Below, one piece after another: positions 20,944 to 31,443 of a DNA stretch of 64,000 nucleotides. Position 1 is the stretch's first letter. The number at the start of each line of letters is the position of its first letter. Origin of the DNA: an uncultured Verrucomicrobiae bacterium (lineage in GTDB: Bacteria > Verrucomicrobiota > Verrucomicrobiia > Chthoniobacterales > UBA10450); contig CAVWPA010000003.1 of NCBI GenBank assembly GCA_963756875.1, positions 1,472,001 through 1,536,000 on the forward strand, given 5' to 3'. Below the pieces are notes generated by a model. The model searched no databases and had not been told where the DNA came from. It was given only the letters and a program-made list of their open reading frames with translations. The position numbers were made by a program, and so were the translations under genes.

Positions 20944-21930
20944 ATGCAGATGAAGCTTTTGAAAAAAGAGATGCGCTCGGCGAGCACCGCCGCCCTGTGC
21001 ACAATTGTAATGGCAGTTGCAGGTGCGGCGGGGACCGCGCACGCAGGACTCTTTAACGTTCCGAATGAGCCGGCAGATTGGAACGGGCCCTACATGGGGT
21101 TCAACGCCGGTGTCGTCTGGGACCATTACGATGTCGGAAGATACGGCACAGCCCTCAATCTTGACGGGCAGTTTTCTCAAGTCGCTGACGGGACGCTTGA
21201 TGGGAAAACCCCTGATGTGGACGGCATGATCCAAATTATCACTCTATTCGGTTCCACCTCCTTTCTTACTGACGGACACAGCGACACCGACGTCGCGCCG
21301 ATTGGCGGCGTACACTTCGGTTACAACAAACAATTTGGCCATTTTGTCGCGGGCTTCGAATTCGGGTTTGAAGGCACCCAAACCAGCAAGGGATCGGAGT
21401 CCCGAAGTTTTCAAACAAACTTTCCCCAGCTGCATATGGATCAATTCCTGGATTTTGAAGCCGATACACGCTTCGATTCCAGCCGGCGGGCGGAGCGGAA
21501 CTGGGATGGTTGGTTGGGTGGACAATTGGGATACGCCTGGGGGCGTTTCCTCTTTTACGGCACCGGCGGCTACACCTTTGCCGATGTTGCCGTGTACTCC
21601 TTCGACAGAGCCAGGACGGCGTTCTTTGAATTCGCAGACGGGGACGGCGGCGGGGACCAGCCAATCGGCGGTTTCATCGGTCAGGTGTCAACTCGTCAAT
21701 ACACAAACACCAGCGACATCATGAATGGATGGTTTGCCGGTGGCGGCACGCAGTACGCGCTCAACGACAAGGTGGCTATCGGGCTGGAGTACCGGCATTC
21801 GGATTTTGGCGATGAAACTTTCCGGTTCAAACCGATGCATCCGATTTTCCCCGGAGCGACCAATGTCAACCTGAGCAGCGACCAGGTGGAATTTACGGTC
21901 AACGTCATGCTTGGCCATTTGGGCCACTGA
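20944..21930 (+). CDS. Outer-membrane beta-barrel protein, paralog 2
   Basis: Same framework as paralog 1; AAGGAG RBS. Confidence 0.85.
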   Translation: MQMKLLKKEMRSASTAALCTIVMAVAGAAGTAHAGLFNVPNEPADWNGPYMGFNAGVVWDHYDVGRYGTALNLDGQFSQVADGTLDGKTPDVDGMIQIITLFGSTSFLTDGHSDTDVAPIGGVHFGYNKQFGHFVAGFEFGFEGTQTSKGSESRSFQTNFPQLHMDQFLDFEADTRFDSSRRAERNWDGWLGGQLGYAWGRFLFYGTGGYTFADVAVYSFDRARTAFFEFADGDGGGDQPIGGFIGQVSTRQYTNTSDIMNGWFAGGGTQYALNDKVAIGLEYRHSDFGDETFRFKPMHPIFPGATNVNLSSDQVEFTVNVMLGHLGH

Positions 21931-22041
21931 GCGGCGACCGGGTCGGGGCTGGACCGGCTGAGGCAGGACAAGGCCTTGCAAATTTCGCTTGGCAGGGCTC
22001 CCGGTTTCCTGTCAAATGCCCTAACCAAGGAGAAAACAAGC

Positions 22042-23001
22042 ATGAATATGAAGCTTTTAAGGAGCGCCGCCCTGTGCGCAATTGCAATGGCACTTGCAGG
22101 CGTGGCGGGGACCGCGCGCGCAGGACTGTTCAATGTTCCGACCGAACCGGCCGACTGGAACGGGATTTACATGGGGTTCAATGCGGGCGTCGTCTGGGAC
22201 CACTACGACGTTGGACCGTACCGCACAGCCCTCAATCTCGACCAACAGTTTTTCCAGATCATTGCCATGGAGGCTGTTGACAACAAGCCTGCCTTGGACC
22301 CCCCTATCCGAAAAGGTCTGTTCGGTTCCACCTCGTTTTCTGCTGATGGACATAGCGACACCGACGTCGCGCCGATCGGCGGTTTGCATGTTGGCTACAA
22401 GAAACAATTTGGCCATTTTGTGGCGGGCCTTGAATTTGGCTTCGAGGGCACTCAAACCAGCAAGGGATCGGAGTCCCGAAGTTTTCAAACAAACTTTCCC
22501 GTTGTTTTAGGGGACGAGCCCATCGGTCTCGAGGCCGAGACGCATTTTGATTCCAGCCGGCGGGCGGAGCGGAACTGGGATGGTTGGTTGGGCGGACAAT
22601 TGGGATACGCCTGGGGGCGTTTCCTCTTTTACGGTACCGGCGGTTACACCTTTGCCGATGTTGCCGTGTACTCCTTCGACAGAGCCAGGACCGGTTTCTT
22701 TGAATCCGGATTCGACGGGAACGGCGACCAGCCGATCGGCAGTTTCATTGGTCAGGTGTCAACTCGTCAATACTCAAACACCAGCGACATCATGAATGGA
22801 TGGTTTGCCGGTGGCGGCACGCAGTACGCGCTCAACGACAAGGTGGCTATCGGGCTGGAGTACCGGCATTCGGATTTTGGCGATGAAACTTTCCGGTTCA
22901 AACCGACGCACCCGATTTTCCCCGGGGCGACCAATGTCAACCTGAGCAGCGACCAGGTGGAATTCACGGTCAATATCATGCTCGGGCACCTGGGCCACTA
23001 A
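22042..23001 (+). CDS. Outer-membrane beta-barrel protein, paralog 3
   Basis: Same framework; AAGGAG RBS before ATG 22042. Confidence 0.85.
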   Translation: MNMKLLRSAALCAIAMALAGVAGTARAGLFNVPTEPADWNGIYMGFNAGVVWDHYDVGPYRTALNLDQQFFQIIAMEAVDNKPALDPPIRKGLFGSTSFSADGHSDTDVAPIGGLHVGYKKQFGHFVAGLEFGFEGTQTSKGSESRSFQTNFPVVLGDEPIGLEAETHFDSSRRAERNWDGWLGGQLGYAWGRFLFYGTGGYTFADVAVYSFDRARTGFFESGFDGNGDQPIGSFIGQVSTRQYSNTSDIMNGWFAGGGTQYALNDKVAIGLEYRHSDFGDETFRFKPTHPIFPGATNVNLSSDQVEFTVNIMLGHLGH

Positions 23002-23130
23002 GCTTCGCCCGTGATGGCGGTTAGGCCCCCCTGGGAGGCCCCCTAAAATTTACGAAAAGTTTTTCTTGGCAAAGGTCGGGTTTTCTGGCAAATGCTTGAT
23101 CCCAAGGAGAAACACCCAAGGAGAAACAAT

Positions 23131-24073
23131 ATGCAAATTACATTTTTAAAGAAAAGCGTGCACATGGCCAGCATGGCATTGTGCGGAATGACTGTGGCGT
23201 TCATTGGTGCAGCAACCAGTGCGCAAGGAGGACTGTTTAACGTTCCGGCCGAGCCGGCCGATTGGAACGGGCCGTACTTCGGATTCAACGCGGGCGTCGT
23301 GTTGGATCATTATGATATAGGAGACTACTGGGGGCGCGTAAAACTCGGAGCGCAACTCAATAACGCCCTGATGCTCGACCCATACGTCGACGACGGTGCC
23401 GAAACGGCTGACCCGTTTCTCGCCTATTTTTATTCCTGGGGCCATAGCGATACGGACATGGCGCCAATCGGAGGCATCCACTTCGGCTATAACAAACAGT
23501 GGGGCCATTTTGTTGGAGGCTTTGAACTTGGTTTCGAGGGCACTCAAACCAGTAAAAGCGCCGTGTCTCGGAGCTTTCAAACCAACGTCCTTACCGACTC
23601 TGACGAGAGTGATGTTGAAGCTAGCACGCGTTTCGATTCCTACCGACGGGCGGAACGGAACTGGGATGGTTGGTTGGGCGGACAGCTGGGGTACGCCTGG
23701 GGGCGTTTCCTTTTTTACGCCAATGGCGGCTACACCTTTGCCGATGTTTCCATGTACCTCGTACGACCAGGCCCGGACCCTTTTCATCGATGATCCGGGC
23801 GATGGTGAGCCAGAATTTACGCGGCACGCGAACACCAAGGAGTATTCGGTGGGCAACGACATCATGGAGGGCTGGTATGCCGGCGGCGGCACCAAGTTTG
23901 CGCTGAATAACAAGGTGGCCATTGGGATACAGTACCGGCATTCGGACTTTGGCGATGAAGTTTTCCGATTCAAACCGACGTTTCCGATTATGCCGGGTGC
24001 GACCAGGGTTGATCTGACCAGCGACCAGGTGGAGTTCACGGTCGACATCATGCTCGGCCATTTGGGAAACTGA
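23131..24073 (+). CDS. Outer-membrane beta-barrel protein, paralog 4, with a +1 frameshift near 23758
   Basis: The framework continues in a second frame (SYDQARTLF...) after ATGTACCTCG; the 14-bp RBS block CCCAAGGAGAAACA is tandemly duplicated at 23101-23128. Confidence 0.8.
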
Positions 24074-24163
24074 TCGGTTCACAGTCCGTTGCTGGTCCTT
24101 TGCCAGCGTCACGGGTCTGGCACGGCAGGCGAATTCTTGCGTCTGCCGTGCTAGATTACCGGG

Positions 24164-24745
24164 ATGGACAGCACGGCCGCGATCCTGTTGCGCAAGCGGA
24201 AATTCAGTGACACCAGCCTGATCATCTCCTGGTGCACGGAAACGCGCGGTTGCATTCACACCATGGCCAAAGGGGCCCGGCGCGCCAAGAGCCCATTCGC
24301 AGGGAAACTGGATTTGTTTTTTGAAGCCGAGATCTCACTAATTCCAAGTCGAAAATCGGACCTGCATACGCTGACCGAAGTTGCACTGAGGAATACGTTT
24401 TCCGGAATTCGTCAGAACTACCGGCGCACGGAAGTTGCCGCTTATTTTGTCGAACTGGTGGAGATTTGCACGGAACGCGACCATGCCGAGCCGGAGCTCT
24501 TTGCGCTGTTGCGGCGCGCTTTCGGATATCTCGATGCCAACGATCCAAATCTGCGGGCGATCTCGCACTTTGAAACCGAGTTGGCGCGTATTGCCGGGGT
24601 GCATGATGCCCGGAGACTGAAGGGCGACCCGGCTTTTGCGCTTGGAAATTTGTTTGGGAGACTGCCATTGTCGCGGACGCCGCTTTTGAAGACGCTTGCG
24701 TCGGCGCGGTCGATAGACCAGGAGTCCGTTGGGCCAAATACGTAA
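24164..24745 (+). CDS. recO: DNA repair protein RecO
   Basis: AILLRKRKFSDTSLI and AKGARRAKSPFAGKLDLF motifs. Confidence 0.9.
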   Translation: MDSTAAILLRKRKFSDTSLIISWCTETRGCIHTMAKGARRAKSPFAGKLDLFFEAEISLIPSRKSDLHTLTEVALRNTFSGIRQNYRRTEVAAYFVELVEICTERDHAEPELFALLRRAFGYLDANDPNLRAISHFETELARIAGVHDARRLKGDPAFALGNLFGRLPLSRTPLLKTLASARSIDQESVGPNT

Positions 24746-24797
24746 ACTCACCGGCTCAACGGGAATGCGGCTCCGCCAAATACGAAAGGAATACGGA

Positions 24798-25391
24798 ATG
24801 AAATTATTGGTGCGGTTTACTTCTCTCGCTTTGGCTTTGGCAGCACTCAGTCCGGCCGCGTTCGCAAATGACACTTACAAATTCAATCAAACCGGCTCGA
24901 CCATTGCTTTTCGAGTTCACCAGTTTCTTGGAACCGCGCGCGGCAAATTCACACGTTTCGAAGGCAGAATCGATATCGATCGCGACCATATCGAGCGCTC
25001 CTCGGTCTGGGTGAGAATCGACGCGAGCAGCATCGACACCGGAATTGCCACGCGCGACAAACATTTGCGGGGCCCGGAGTTTTTTAATGTCGCAAAATTC
25101 CCTGCAATCACCTTCAAAAGCCGCGGCGTGAAGCAAACCGGCGGGGAGAGTGCCGATATCGTGGGTGATCTGACCATGCATGGGACGACCCGGCCCATTA
25201 CACTGCATGTGAAGTTAATCAGTCCGCTGGCGCAACAAATGTCGATGTCCCAGATGCGCTGGCAGGTTACAGCCGACCCAATCAAGCGCGGCAACTTTGG
25301 ACTGGTGTGGAGTCCGAGCGTGGAAGCAATCTCGATGATCAGCCAGGACGTTTCTTCCAGGATCGAGATCGAGGCGAAGCATGCTGAATAA
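24798..25391 (+). CDS. YceI-family periplasmic protein
   Basis: Signal peptide; SIDTGIATRDKHLRGPEFF and GDLTMHG motifs. Confidence 0.9.
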   Translation: MKLLVRFTSLALALAALSPAAFANDTYKFNQTGSTIAFRVHQFLGTARGKFTRFEGRIDIDRDHIERSSVWVRIDASSIDTGIATRDKHLRGPEFFNVAKFPAITFKSRGVKQTGGESADIVGDLTMHGTTRPITLHVKLISPLAQQMSMSQMRWQVTADPIKRGNFGLVWSPSVEAISMISQDVSSRIEIEAKHAE

Positions 25392-25592
25392 GCCTTCCGG
25401 CTGGGGCGCGTGGTCCTTTGCTGGACCCTGGCGCGCCGAAAAACATCGAGACCACACTCAGCATGGGCGTAACGGGCGATAATCGCACTCGAGCGATGCG
25501 GTCGGCATAAAGACTTCGTCGGATGTTTCTCGCTGAACGAGTTTAAAATACAAAATTAGAGATTAAGAATCCAGAACGCCCAAACCGTCGCC

Positions 25593-26315
25593 ATGGAGAC
25601 ACCGATTACCATCGTGCCCCTGGGAGATTCTGCGCTCATCGTTCGTGTTTGCGAAGGCTTTGCAGACGCGCCCGATAAAACACTCAGCGCTGTCCTGAAG
25701 GCGCAGCGTCGGCTGGAAAAAGCGGGCTTGCCGGGCCTTATAGAAACCGCGGCGGGCTACACGACCGTCGCGCTCTTTTTCGACCCGCTACGTCTCCTGG
25801 ATGCCAGAGCGGAACCGGAAACGGTATTCGACTGGCTGGCGGATCGTGTGCGTGAAGCGTTGGCGGATCGCAGGGTGCGCACTTTTGCGGGCAAGGTTCG
25901 TCGAATCGAAATCCCGGTCTGCTATGACCGTGAATTTGCGCCGGATCTGGATGAAGTCGCACGACATGCGGGGCTCACAGTGCAAAGAGTTATCGATCTT
26001 CACTCTGGCGCTGAATATCGCGTCCACTGTCTCGGATTCACGCCTGGATTTCCATACCTGAGCGGATTGCCCGGCGAACTCGCGACGCCGCGCCGCATCA
26101 TGCCGCAAAAGGAAGTCGCCGCCGGCTCGGTTGCGATCGGCGGAACTCAAACCGGCATTTATCCGGTGAAATCTCCGGGCGGTTGGAATGTGATCGGTCG
26201 TACGCCGTTGCTTTTGTTCGATGCACAAAAAGACCAGCCAGCGCTGTTATTCGCAGGAGATCGGGTTCGTTTTCGCGCGATCACACGCGAGGAGTTTGAA
26301 ACGATGAAAGGTTGA
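25593..26315 (+). CDS. pxpB: 5-oxoprolinase subunit B
   Basis: PLGDSAL, LGFTPGFPYL and GIYPVKSPGGWNVIG motifs. Confidence 0.92.
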   Translation: METPITIVPLGDSALIVRVCEGFADAPDKTLSAVLKAQRRLEKAGLPGLIETAAGYTTVALFFDPLRLLDARAEPETVFDWLADRVREALADRRVRTFAGKVRRIEIPVCYDREFAPDLDEVARHAGLTVQRVIDLHSGAEYRVHCLGFTPGFPYLSGLPGELATPRRIMPQKEVAAGSVAIGGTQTGIYPVKSPGGWNVIGRTPLLLFDAQKDQPALLFAGDRVRFRAITREEFETMKG

Positions 26316-26327
26316 GTCGTTGAAGCG

Positions 26328-27314
26328 ATGCACATGATTGTTACCCAGGCCGGTCTTTTGAGTAGCGTTCAGGATCTGGGTCGCGCCGGTTGGCGCAAAT
26401 TCGGCGTCTCTCCTGGCGGCGCGCTCGATTCGCACGCGGCCCGCGTGGCGAACCTGCTCGTTGGCAATGCCGAGTCGGAAGCGGTGCTCGAAGTCACGTT
26501 CGGCGGGGTGCATTTGCAATTCACCGACAAACGAATTGTAGCGTGGTGCGGCGGCAGGTTTGATGTTCGTATGGGATCGATACCGCTTCCCGCCGGTCGC
26601 GCAGCGCTGGTTTACCAGGACGAAGAAATGAGAATTGATCGGCCCCAAATCGGTTGTCGTGCCTGGATCGCGATTTCTGGCGGAATCGACGTCGCGCAGG
26701 TGCTGAAGAGTCGCTCCACCGATCTGCGCGCGAGTTTTGGCGGATTTAACGGTCGCGCGTTGCGAGACGGCGACAAAATTCCGCTCGGTAAGAATCCCCG
26801 AAATGCAGAGATTCTGGCCGACGAACTGTGCATGGAAAAAATCGCGTCGTGGTGTTCTCCCCACAACTGGTCGAGTCCGGCGCAAACTGAGCCGGTTTTG
26901 CGCTTCATTCGAGGCGCGGATTGGACCCGGTTCGACGATGTAACGATTCAACGTTTTACTAGGGGGCCGTTCTCGGTTTCGCCGGATTCCAACCGTATGG
27001 GCGTGCGACTCGACGGTCCGGAACTAAGACGAAGTGATGTTGGCGATCTCGTCTCCGAGGCGGTCGCACCAGGGACCATCCAGGTGCCACCGAGCGGTCA
27101 GCCGATTCTTTTGCTTGGAGATTGCCAAACCATCGGCGGTTATCCAAAGATCGCCCACGTGATCACAGTCGACCTCCCGATTGCCGCACAGTTGAGCGCT
27201 GGCGGCCGGGTTCGGTATCGCGAAGTTGCCCTTGCGGACGCCTATGGCCTTTTGCTCGAACGCGAAAGGGACCTCGAACAATTCCGGTGCGGACTCAAAC
27301 TGCATTCCCCATGA
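26328..27314 (+). CDS. pxpC: 5-oxoprolinase subunit C
   Basis: QDLGR, SNRMGVRL and DCQTIGGYPKI motifs. Confidence 0.9.
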   Translation: MHMIVTQAGLLSSVQDLGRAGWRKFGVSPGGALDSHAARVANLLVGNAESEAVLEVTFGGVHLQFTDKRIVAWCGGRFDVRMGSIPLPAGRAALVYQDEEMRIDRPQIGCRAWIAISGGIDVAQVLKSRSTDLRASFGGFNGRALRDGDKIPLGKNPRNAEILADELCMEKIASWCSPHNWSSPAQTEPVLRFIRGADWTRFDDVTIQRFTRGPFSVSPDSNRMGVRLDGPELRRSDVGDLVSEAVAPGTIQVPPSGQPILLLGDCQTIGGYPKIAHVITVDLPIAAQLSAGGRVRYREVALADAYGLLLERERDLEQFRCGLKLHSP

Positions 27315-28066
27315 GCCTGGTCGTGGATCTGAACTCGGATCTTGGCGAAGGCGCCGGACACGACAACGAACTGCTGGAGCTCGTAACATCTGCCAACATC
27401 ACCTGCGGTTTTCACGTGGGCGATCCGGTATCGATTCTTCGATCGATCCGCGATGCGAAGGAGCGCAATACTGCGGTAGGAGCGCATCCCAGTTTCGCGG
27501 ACCGGGAGAATTTCGGACGAACCGAGCTTGCGCTAAAGCCGGCCGAAATTTTTTCGCAAATAACCTATCAGCTTGGCGCCTTCGCGGCGCTGGCAAGCGC
27601 GGCCGGCACCCGTATGAATCACGTTAAGCCACATGGCGCTCTTTATAATATGGCCGCGCGCGACAAACAGATCGCCGACGCGGTCGTGAGCGCGATGCTG
27701 GTTGTCGATCCCTATTTGATCTTGTTCGCGCCACCCAACAGCGCGCTCGAGAGGGCAGGGGAAGCGGAGAAATTTCGGGTCGTCAGGGAAGTTTTCGCGG
27801 ATCGAAATTATATGGCTGATGGCTTGCTTGTTCCGCGTGCCCGGGCTGACGCTTTACTGCGCGATCCGGAAGCTGCGGCCAGGCGCATCCTGCGCATGCT
27901 GCGAGAGGGCAAGGTGCAATCGGTCGAAGGCCGTGACGTCGATGTCCATGCGGAAACCATCTGCGTGCACGGCGACACGCCCGGAGCGGTCGATTTTGCA
28001 CGCGCTTTGCGCTCGGAATTGGAATATAACGGCGTGGAGATCCGCGCGCCGGAAAGCTCGTTATGA
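27311..28066 (+). CDS. pxpA: 5-oxoprolinase subunit A (LamB/YcsF)
   Basis: DLNSDLGE, HVKPHGALYN and ICVHGDTP motifs. Confidence 0.92.
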   Translation: MSLVVDLNSDLGEGAGHDNELLELVTSANITCGFHVGDPVSILRSIRDAKERNTAVGAHPSFADRENFGRTELALKPAEIFSQITYQLGAFAALASAAGTRMNHVKPHGALYNMAARDKQIADAVVSAMLVVDPYLILFAPPNSALERAGEAEKFRVVREVFADRNYMADGLLVPRARADALLRDPEAAARRILRMLREGKVQSVEGRDVDVHAETICVHGDTPGAVDFARALRSELEYNGVEIRAPESSL

Positions 28067-29607
28067 ACGGCGACCCCGACAATACTCAAGAACAGGCCGA
28101 TACTCCTGTCCCGGGAAATCCCGCGGCTTCTCCCGCTGGACTTGTTCGCGCACTCGGACCCATCGACGCAACCATGATCGTTATGGGTTCAATGATCGGT
28201 TCGGGCATTTTTATCACCTCGGCGGAATCATCGCGATTGAGCGGCGCGCCGGGTTGGTTGGTGCTGGCGTGGGCGGTCGCCGGTTTGATGACGATTACGG
28301 GCGCGCTTTGTTGCTCGGAGCTCGCCACCATGATGCCGCGCGCCGGTGGCGTCTATGTCTTCCTGCGCGAAGCCTACGGTCATTCGCTCGGATTCTTATA
28401 CGGCTGGACATTGTTCCTGGTCATTCAAACCGGGACCATCGCCGCCGTGGCCATCGCTTTTGCAAAATTTCTCGGCGTCTTCTTTCCCGCCGTCGCGTCG
28501 GACCATTACTTGATTGCGCCGATCTCTCTTGGCGATTACGCCCTTAGTTTATCGACGGAACAACTGGTCGCGATCGCGCTGATTGCGCTTTTGACCTGGA
28601 CAAACACACGCGGCCTGGAAGTCGGAAAACTGGTGCAAAACACATTCACCTTTGCCAAGACAGCTGCTCTCGCAGGCGTGGTGGTTGTCGGCCTGTGGTT
28701 AGGCTGGCATGCCAACAGCGCGGCGCGCTCCGCCGCCTGGTGGGATTCCTGGGCGAACGGCTGGACCCCGCAGATTGCGCAGCCAGGTTTCACACTCGCC
28801 GGCGGCCTCGCGCTTCTGTTGCTGTTCGGCAAATCGATGGTAGGCCCCCTGTTTGCGCAGACCGCCTGGAACAATGTCACTTTTATCGGGAGCGAAGTCC
28901 GCAATCCCGGGAAAAATCTTGCCCGTGCGTTGCTCTGGGGCTGCGCCATCGTTGTGCTCCTTTATCTGCTCGCCAACATGGCGTACATCGCGCTTCTTTC
29001 GTTCCCCGGGATCCAGCACGCGCCGCAGGATCGGGTCGCAGTCGCGGCAATGAGGAATGCATTTGGCAACCTCGGGGCGATGTGCATGGCGGCCGCGATC
29101 ATGGTTTCTACCTTCGGCTGCGATAACGGTCTGATTCTCTCCGGGGCCCGCGTCTATTTTGCCATGGCGCGCGATCGCCTGTTTTTCAAAAAGGTTGGCA
29201 CGACCAATCGTTATCACGTTCCGGCGGCCGCGCTCCTCGCGCAGGGAGTCTGGACTGTGTTCCTGACGTTGCCGCGAACAGTCACCACCGATGCTGCAAC
29301 GCACCGGATCGCTTACGGCAACGTTTACACGCAACTACTTGAGTATATCGTTTCCGCCGATTTGGTTTTTTATCTTCTGATGGTTGCGGCGGTTATCATT
29401 TTGCGGCGAAAGACGCCTGCTGCCGACCGGCCATATCGCACCTGGGGTTATCCCTTCGTGCCCATCATCTCAATCCTGCTCGCCAGCCTGCTCATTCTCG
29501 ATCTTGCCTGGCTTGCGCCGACCACTTCCGGGATCGGCATTGCCATCGTGCTCACCGGCCTCCCCGTCTATTTTATATGGACGAGACGGAGTAGCCCGGC
29601 GGTTTAA
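28063..29607 (+). CDS. APC-family amino acid permease
   Basis: GSMIGSGIF, AGGVYVFLREAYG and RPYRTWGYP motifs; translationally coupled to pxpA. Confidence 0.9.
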   Translation: MNGDPDNTQEQADTPVPGNPAASPAGLVRALGPIDATMIVMGSMIGSGIFITSAESSRLSGAPGWLVLAWAVAGLMTITGALCCSELATMMPRAGGVYVFLREAYGHSLGFLYGWTLFLVIQTGTIAAVAIAFAKFLGVFFPAVASDHYLIAPISLGDYALSLSTEQLVAIALIALLTWTNTRGLEVGKLVQNTFTFAKTAALAGVVVVGLWLGWHANSAARSAAWWDSWANGWTPQIAQPGFTLAGGLALLLLFGKSMVGPLFAQTAWNNVTFIGSEVRNPGKNLARALLWGCAIVVLLYLLANMAYIALLSFPGIQHAPQDRVAVAAMRNAFGNLGAMCMAAAIMVSTFGCDNGLILSGARVYFAMARDRLFFKKVGTTNRYHVPAAALLAQGVWTVFLTLPRTVTTDAATHRIAYGNVYTQLLEYIVSADLVFYLLMVAAVIILRRKTPAADRPYRTWGYPFVPIISILLASLLILDLAWLAPTTSGIGIAIVLTGLPVYFIWTRRSSPAV

Positions 29608-29623
29608 CGAGCGGGACCGCCGG

Positions 29624-30709
29624 TCAACGCTTGCGCCCTCTGGCTTCGACCTGGGTGAATTTGCCGCCGAAGCGGTTTGCCAGAGTCTGAAGCATCTGGC
29701 GCTCGTCCGCTTTATCTGCTCCGGTGACATAATAGATAGTGTGAATTTTCGCCGGCCTTCTCAGGGTCTTTTCTCCATCTTCGACCACTTTATAGATGTC
29801 TTCGGGAGTAATTTTTCTTCCTGGTTGAATGCTCGATTCGCCGGTGGCGTTGCCGTCGGTGAGCAGGTAAATCACTCCTCCGTCGGGATGGAGCTTAAAA
29901 GCTTCTTCAAAAGCATAATCGTGGCGTGTTCCTCCCGGTTTGCCGCGTCTTTTCGGCGCCTTGTGGTAATCGAGTTCTTTCTGGATGTGCTCAATCGCGG
30001 CCTTCTTGTTTTCCTCCGTGGCTGGCACCAGCTCCGGCTTCCATGCGTAAGCGCCGCCGGAAAAACGAACAATCCCGAAAGATACGGCCGGTGTCAGGCC
30101 TTTGATCAGTTCGATCGCCTCGTCGCGTACCGCCTGGAAACTCTGCTCCTTGCCGTGCTTGACCAGCTTGCGTGACTTGTAATCCGCGTCGCCGGTGCGG
30201 CCGAACATTGAGTCGGAGACGTCTACGATGATCACAACATTGCTGCTGACATCGCGAATACCGAAAAAATTGATTTGCGCGCCACTGCCCGTGCCGCCGG
30301 CTGACGCCATGGATGGCACGCCGGCCAGAAACCCGCGGCTTTGCCCCGCCCCGCTCATGAGTGGTGGCGGTGACGCAGAGTCGGCCGGAAGACTCGGTAA
30401 CGCCGGCAACTGGATCCTGGCGGCTCCGGTTGTGAGCACGCGCTTCGGGACGGCTGGCGGCGCGCTTGTGGTCCGCAATCTTTGTTGGATCTGCACCCGA
30501 TGCTGGAGCGCGCGTTCTGCCGGATTAGGCGACTTTGGTCCCGCGGCGAACGTAAGTTTGTGCCCGGCGACATATCTCGAGACCACGAAAAACGTCGCCC
30601 CAATGGCGAACAGCAGGTGAACTCCAATGCTGATTACCAGCACGCGCCGGCTTAATCTCTTCTGCGGTTTGGATATGCGTGTCGGTGGAGATTCGGTTTC
30701 GACAGCCAC
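29624..30709 (-). CDS. Membrane-anchored vWA-domain protein
   Basis: ISIGVHLL anchor; NFFGI, DVSDSM MIDAS and YLLTDG motifs. Confidence 0.75.
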   Translation of the reverse strand: MAVETESPPTRISKPQKRLSRRVLVISIGVHLLFAIGATFFVVSRYVAGHKLTFAAGPKSPNPAERALQHRVQIQQRLRTTSAPPAVPKRVLTTGAARIQLPALPSLPADSASPPPLMSGAGQSRGFLAGVPSMASAGGTGSGAQINFFGIRDVSSNVVIIVDVSDSMFGRTGDADYKSRKLVKHGKEQSFQAVRDEAIELIKGLTPAVSFGIVRFSGGAYAWKPELVPATEENKKAAIEHIQKELDYHKAPKRRGKPGGTRHDYAFEEAFKLHPDGGVIYLLTDGNATGESSIQPGRKITPEDIYKVVEDGEKTLRRPAKIHTIYYVTGADKADERQMLQTLANRFGGKFTQVEARGRKR

Positions 30710-30828
30710 CCGCTAATTTAGGCGCATAATCGGATTTTTCGCGAGAACACAATCGCGGTGGCCTGCGTCCATGCGCGCACAGCGCGAGTGCCCTTCAGGG
30801 AGAACGATGAATGGGAGCGGCTGCGTGG

Positions 30829-31443
30829 TCAGGCCTGCGGCGCTTTTGACGCCACGCGCTTGAGGCGGTAACCGTCTGCTCTCGCACCATAGCCCGCCGA
30901 ATATTCGACAAGCCCGACGTTTTTTCTCCAGACAATCCGTTTGAAGTGGCCGGAAGGATGGTTGGTTTCGTAGATACAAAGATCGCGTTTTAACGTGATG
31001 GTCGTTTTCCATAGCCCATCTTGCACACTCAGACCGCCGCGCGTGATTCCGTAAATCTCTCCTTTGTTGAATGAAGGCGCTTTATCCAGTGCCGAAATGT
31101 GCTGAATCGCCTTGTCTATGTCCTCTTCATTCAACAAAACGATGAGATCATCTGTGACCACGAAATACTCAGTCGAGATTTCCCGGGGTTGCGGCGCGCG
31201 CGATTTGATGTCGGCAAATTCGATTTTGTAAATTCCGCCCCACGGCATTCTGGCAACGCGTGTCGTCACCACGCGCGCCGTAAACGGAATTTCTTCCTCC
31301 GAGATGCTGTCTCCCCATTCTACGCCGTGAAACTCCGCCGATACCGGCTTGTCGTCAGGGGCGTCCAGAAAAGGATTGGCAGCCTGGGCCACGGCCGTCA
31401 GTAGAATCGATACCGAAAAAGCCCCAAGCCGTGTGCGACGCAT
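30829..31443 (-). CDS. Hypothetical secreted protein
   Basis: Signal peptide ending AQA; coding-like composition. Confidence 0.6.
   Translation of the reverse strand: MRRTRLGAFSVSILLTAVAQAANPFLDAPDDKPVSAEFHGVEWGDSISEEEIPFTARVVTTRVARMPWGGIYKIEFADIKSRAPQPREISTEYFVVTDDLIVLLNEEDIDKAIQHISALDKAPSFNKGEIYGITRGGLSVQDGLWKTTITLKRDLCIYETNHPSGHFKRIVWRKNVGLVEYSAGYGARADGYRLKRVASKAPQA

Larger units (their letters stand above)
19821..23095 (+). promoter_or_regulatory. Conserved motif CTTGGCR-N17/18-CAAATGC upstream of each of the four barrel genes (19821-19852, 20883-20914, 21988-22019, 23065-23095)
   Basis: The two boxes and their spacing are conserved while the spacer sequence varies. Confidence 0.55.

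Noticed and set aside
19875..24073. Diversity-generating retroelement or invertase shufflon behind the barrel variation
   Set aside because: No reverse transcriptase or recombinase nearby, differences are not adenine-specific, and all copies are co-oriented full genes.
25478..25490. 13-bp match GATAATCGCACTC to 63974-63986
   Set aside because: The flanks do not align; too short to interpret.
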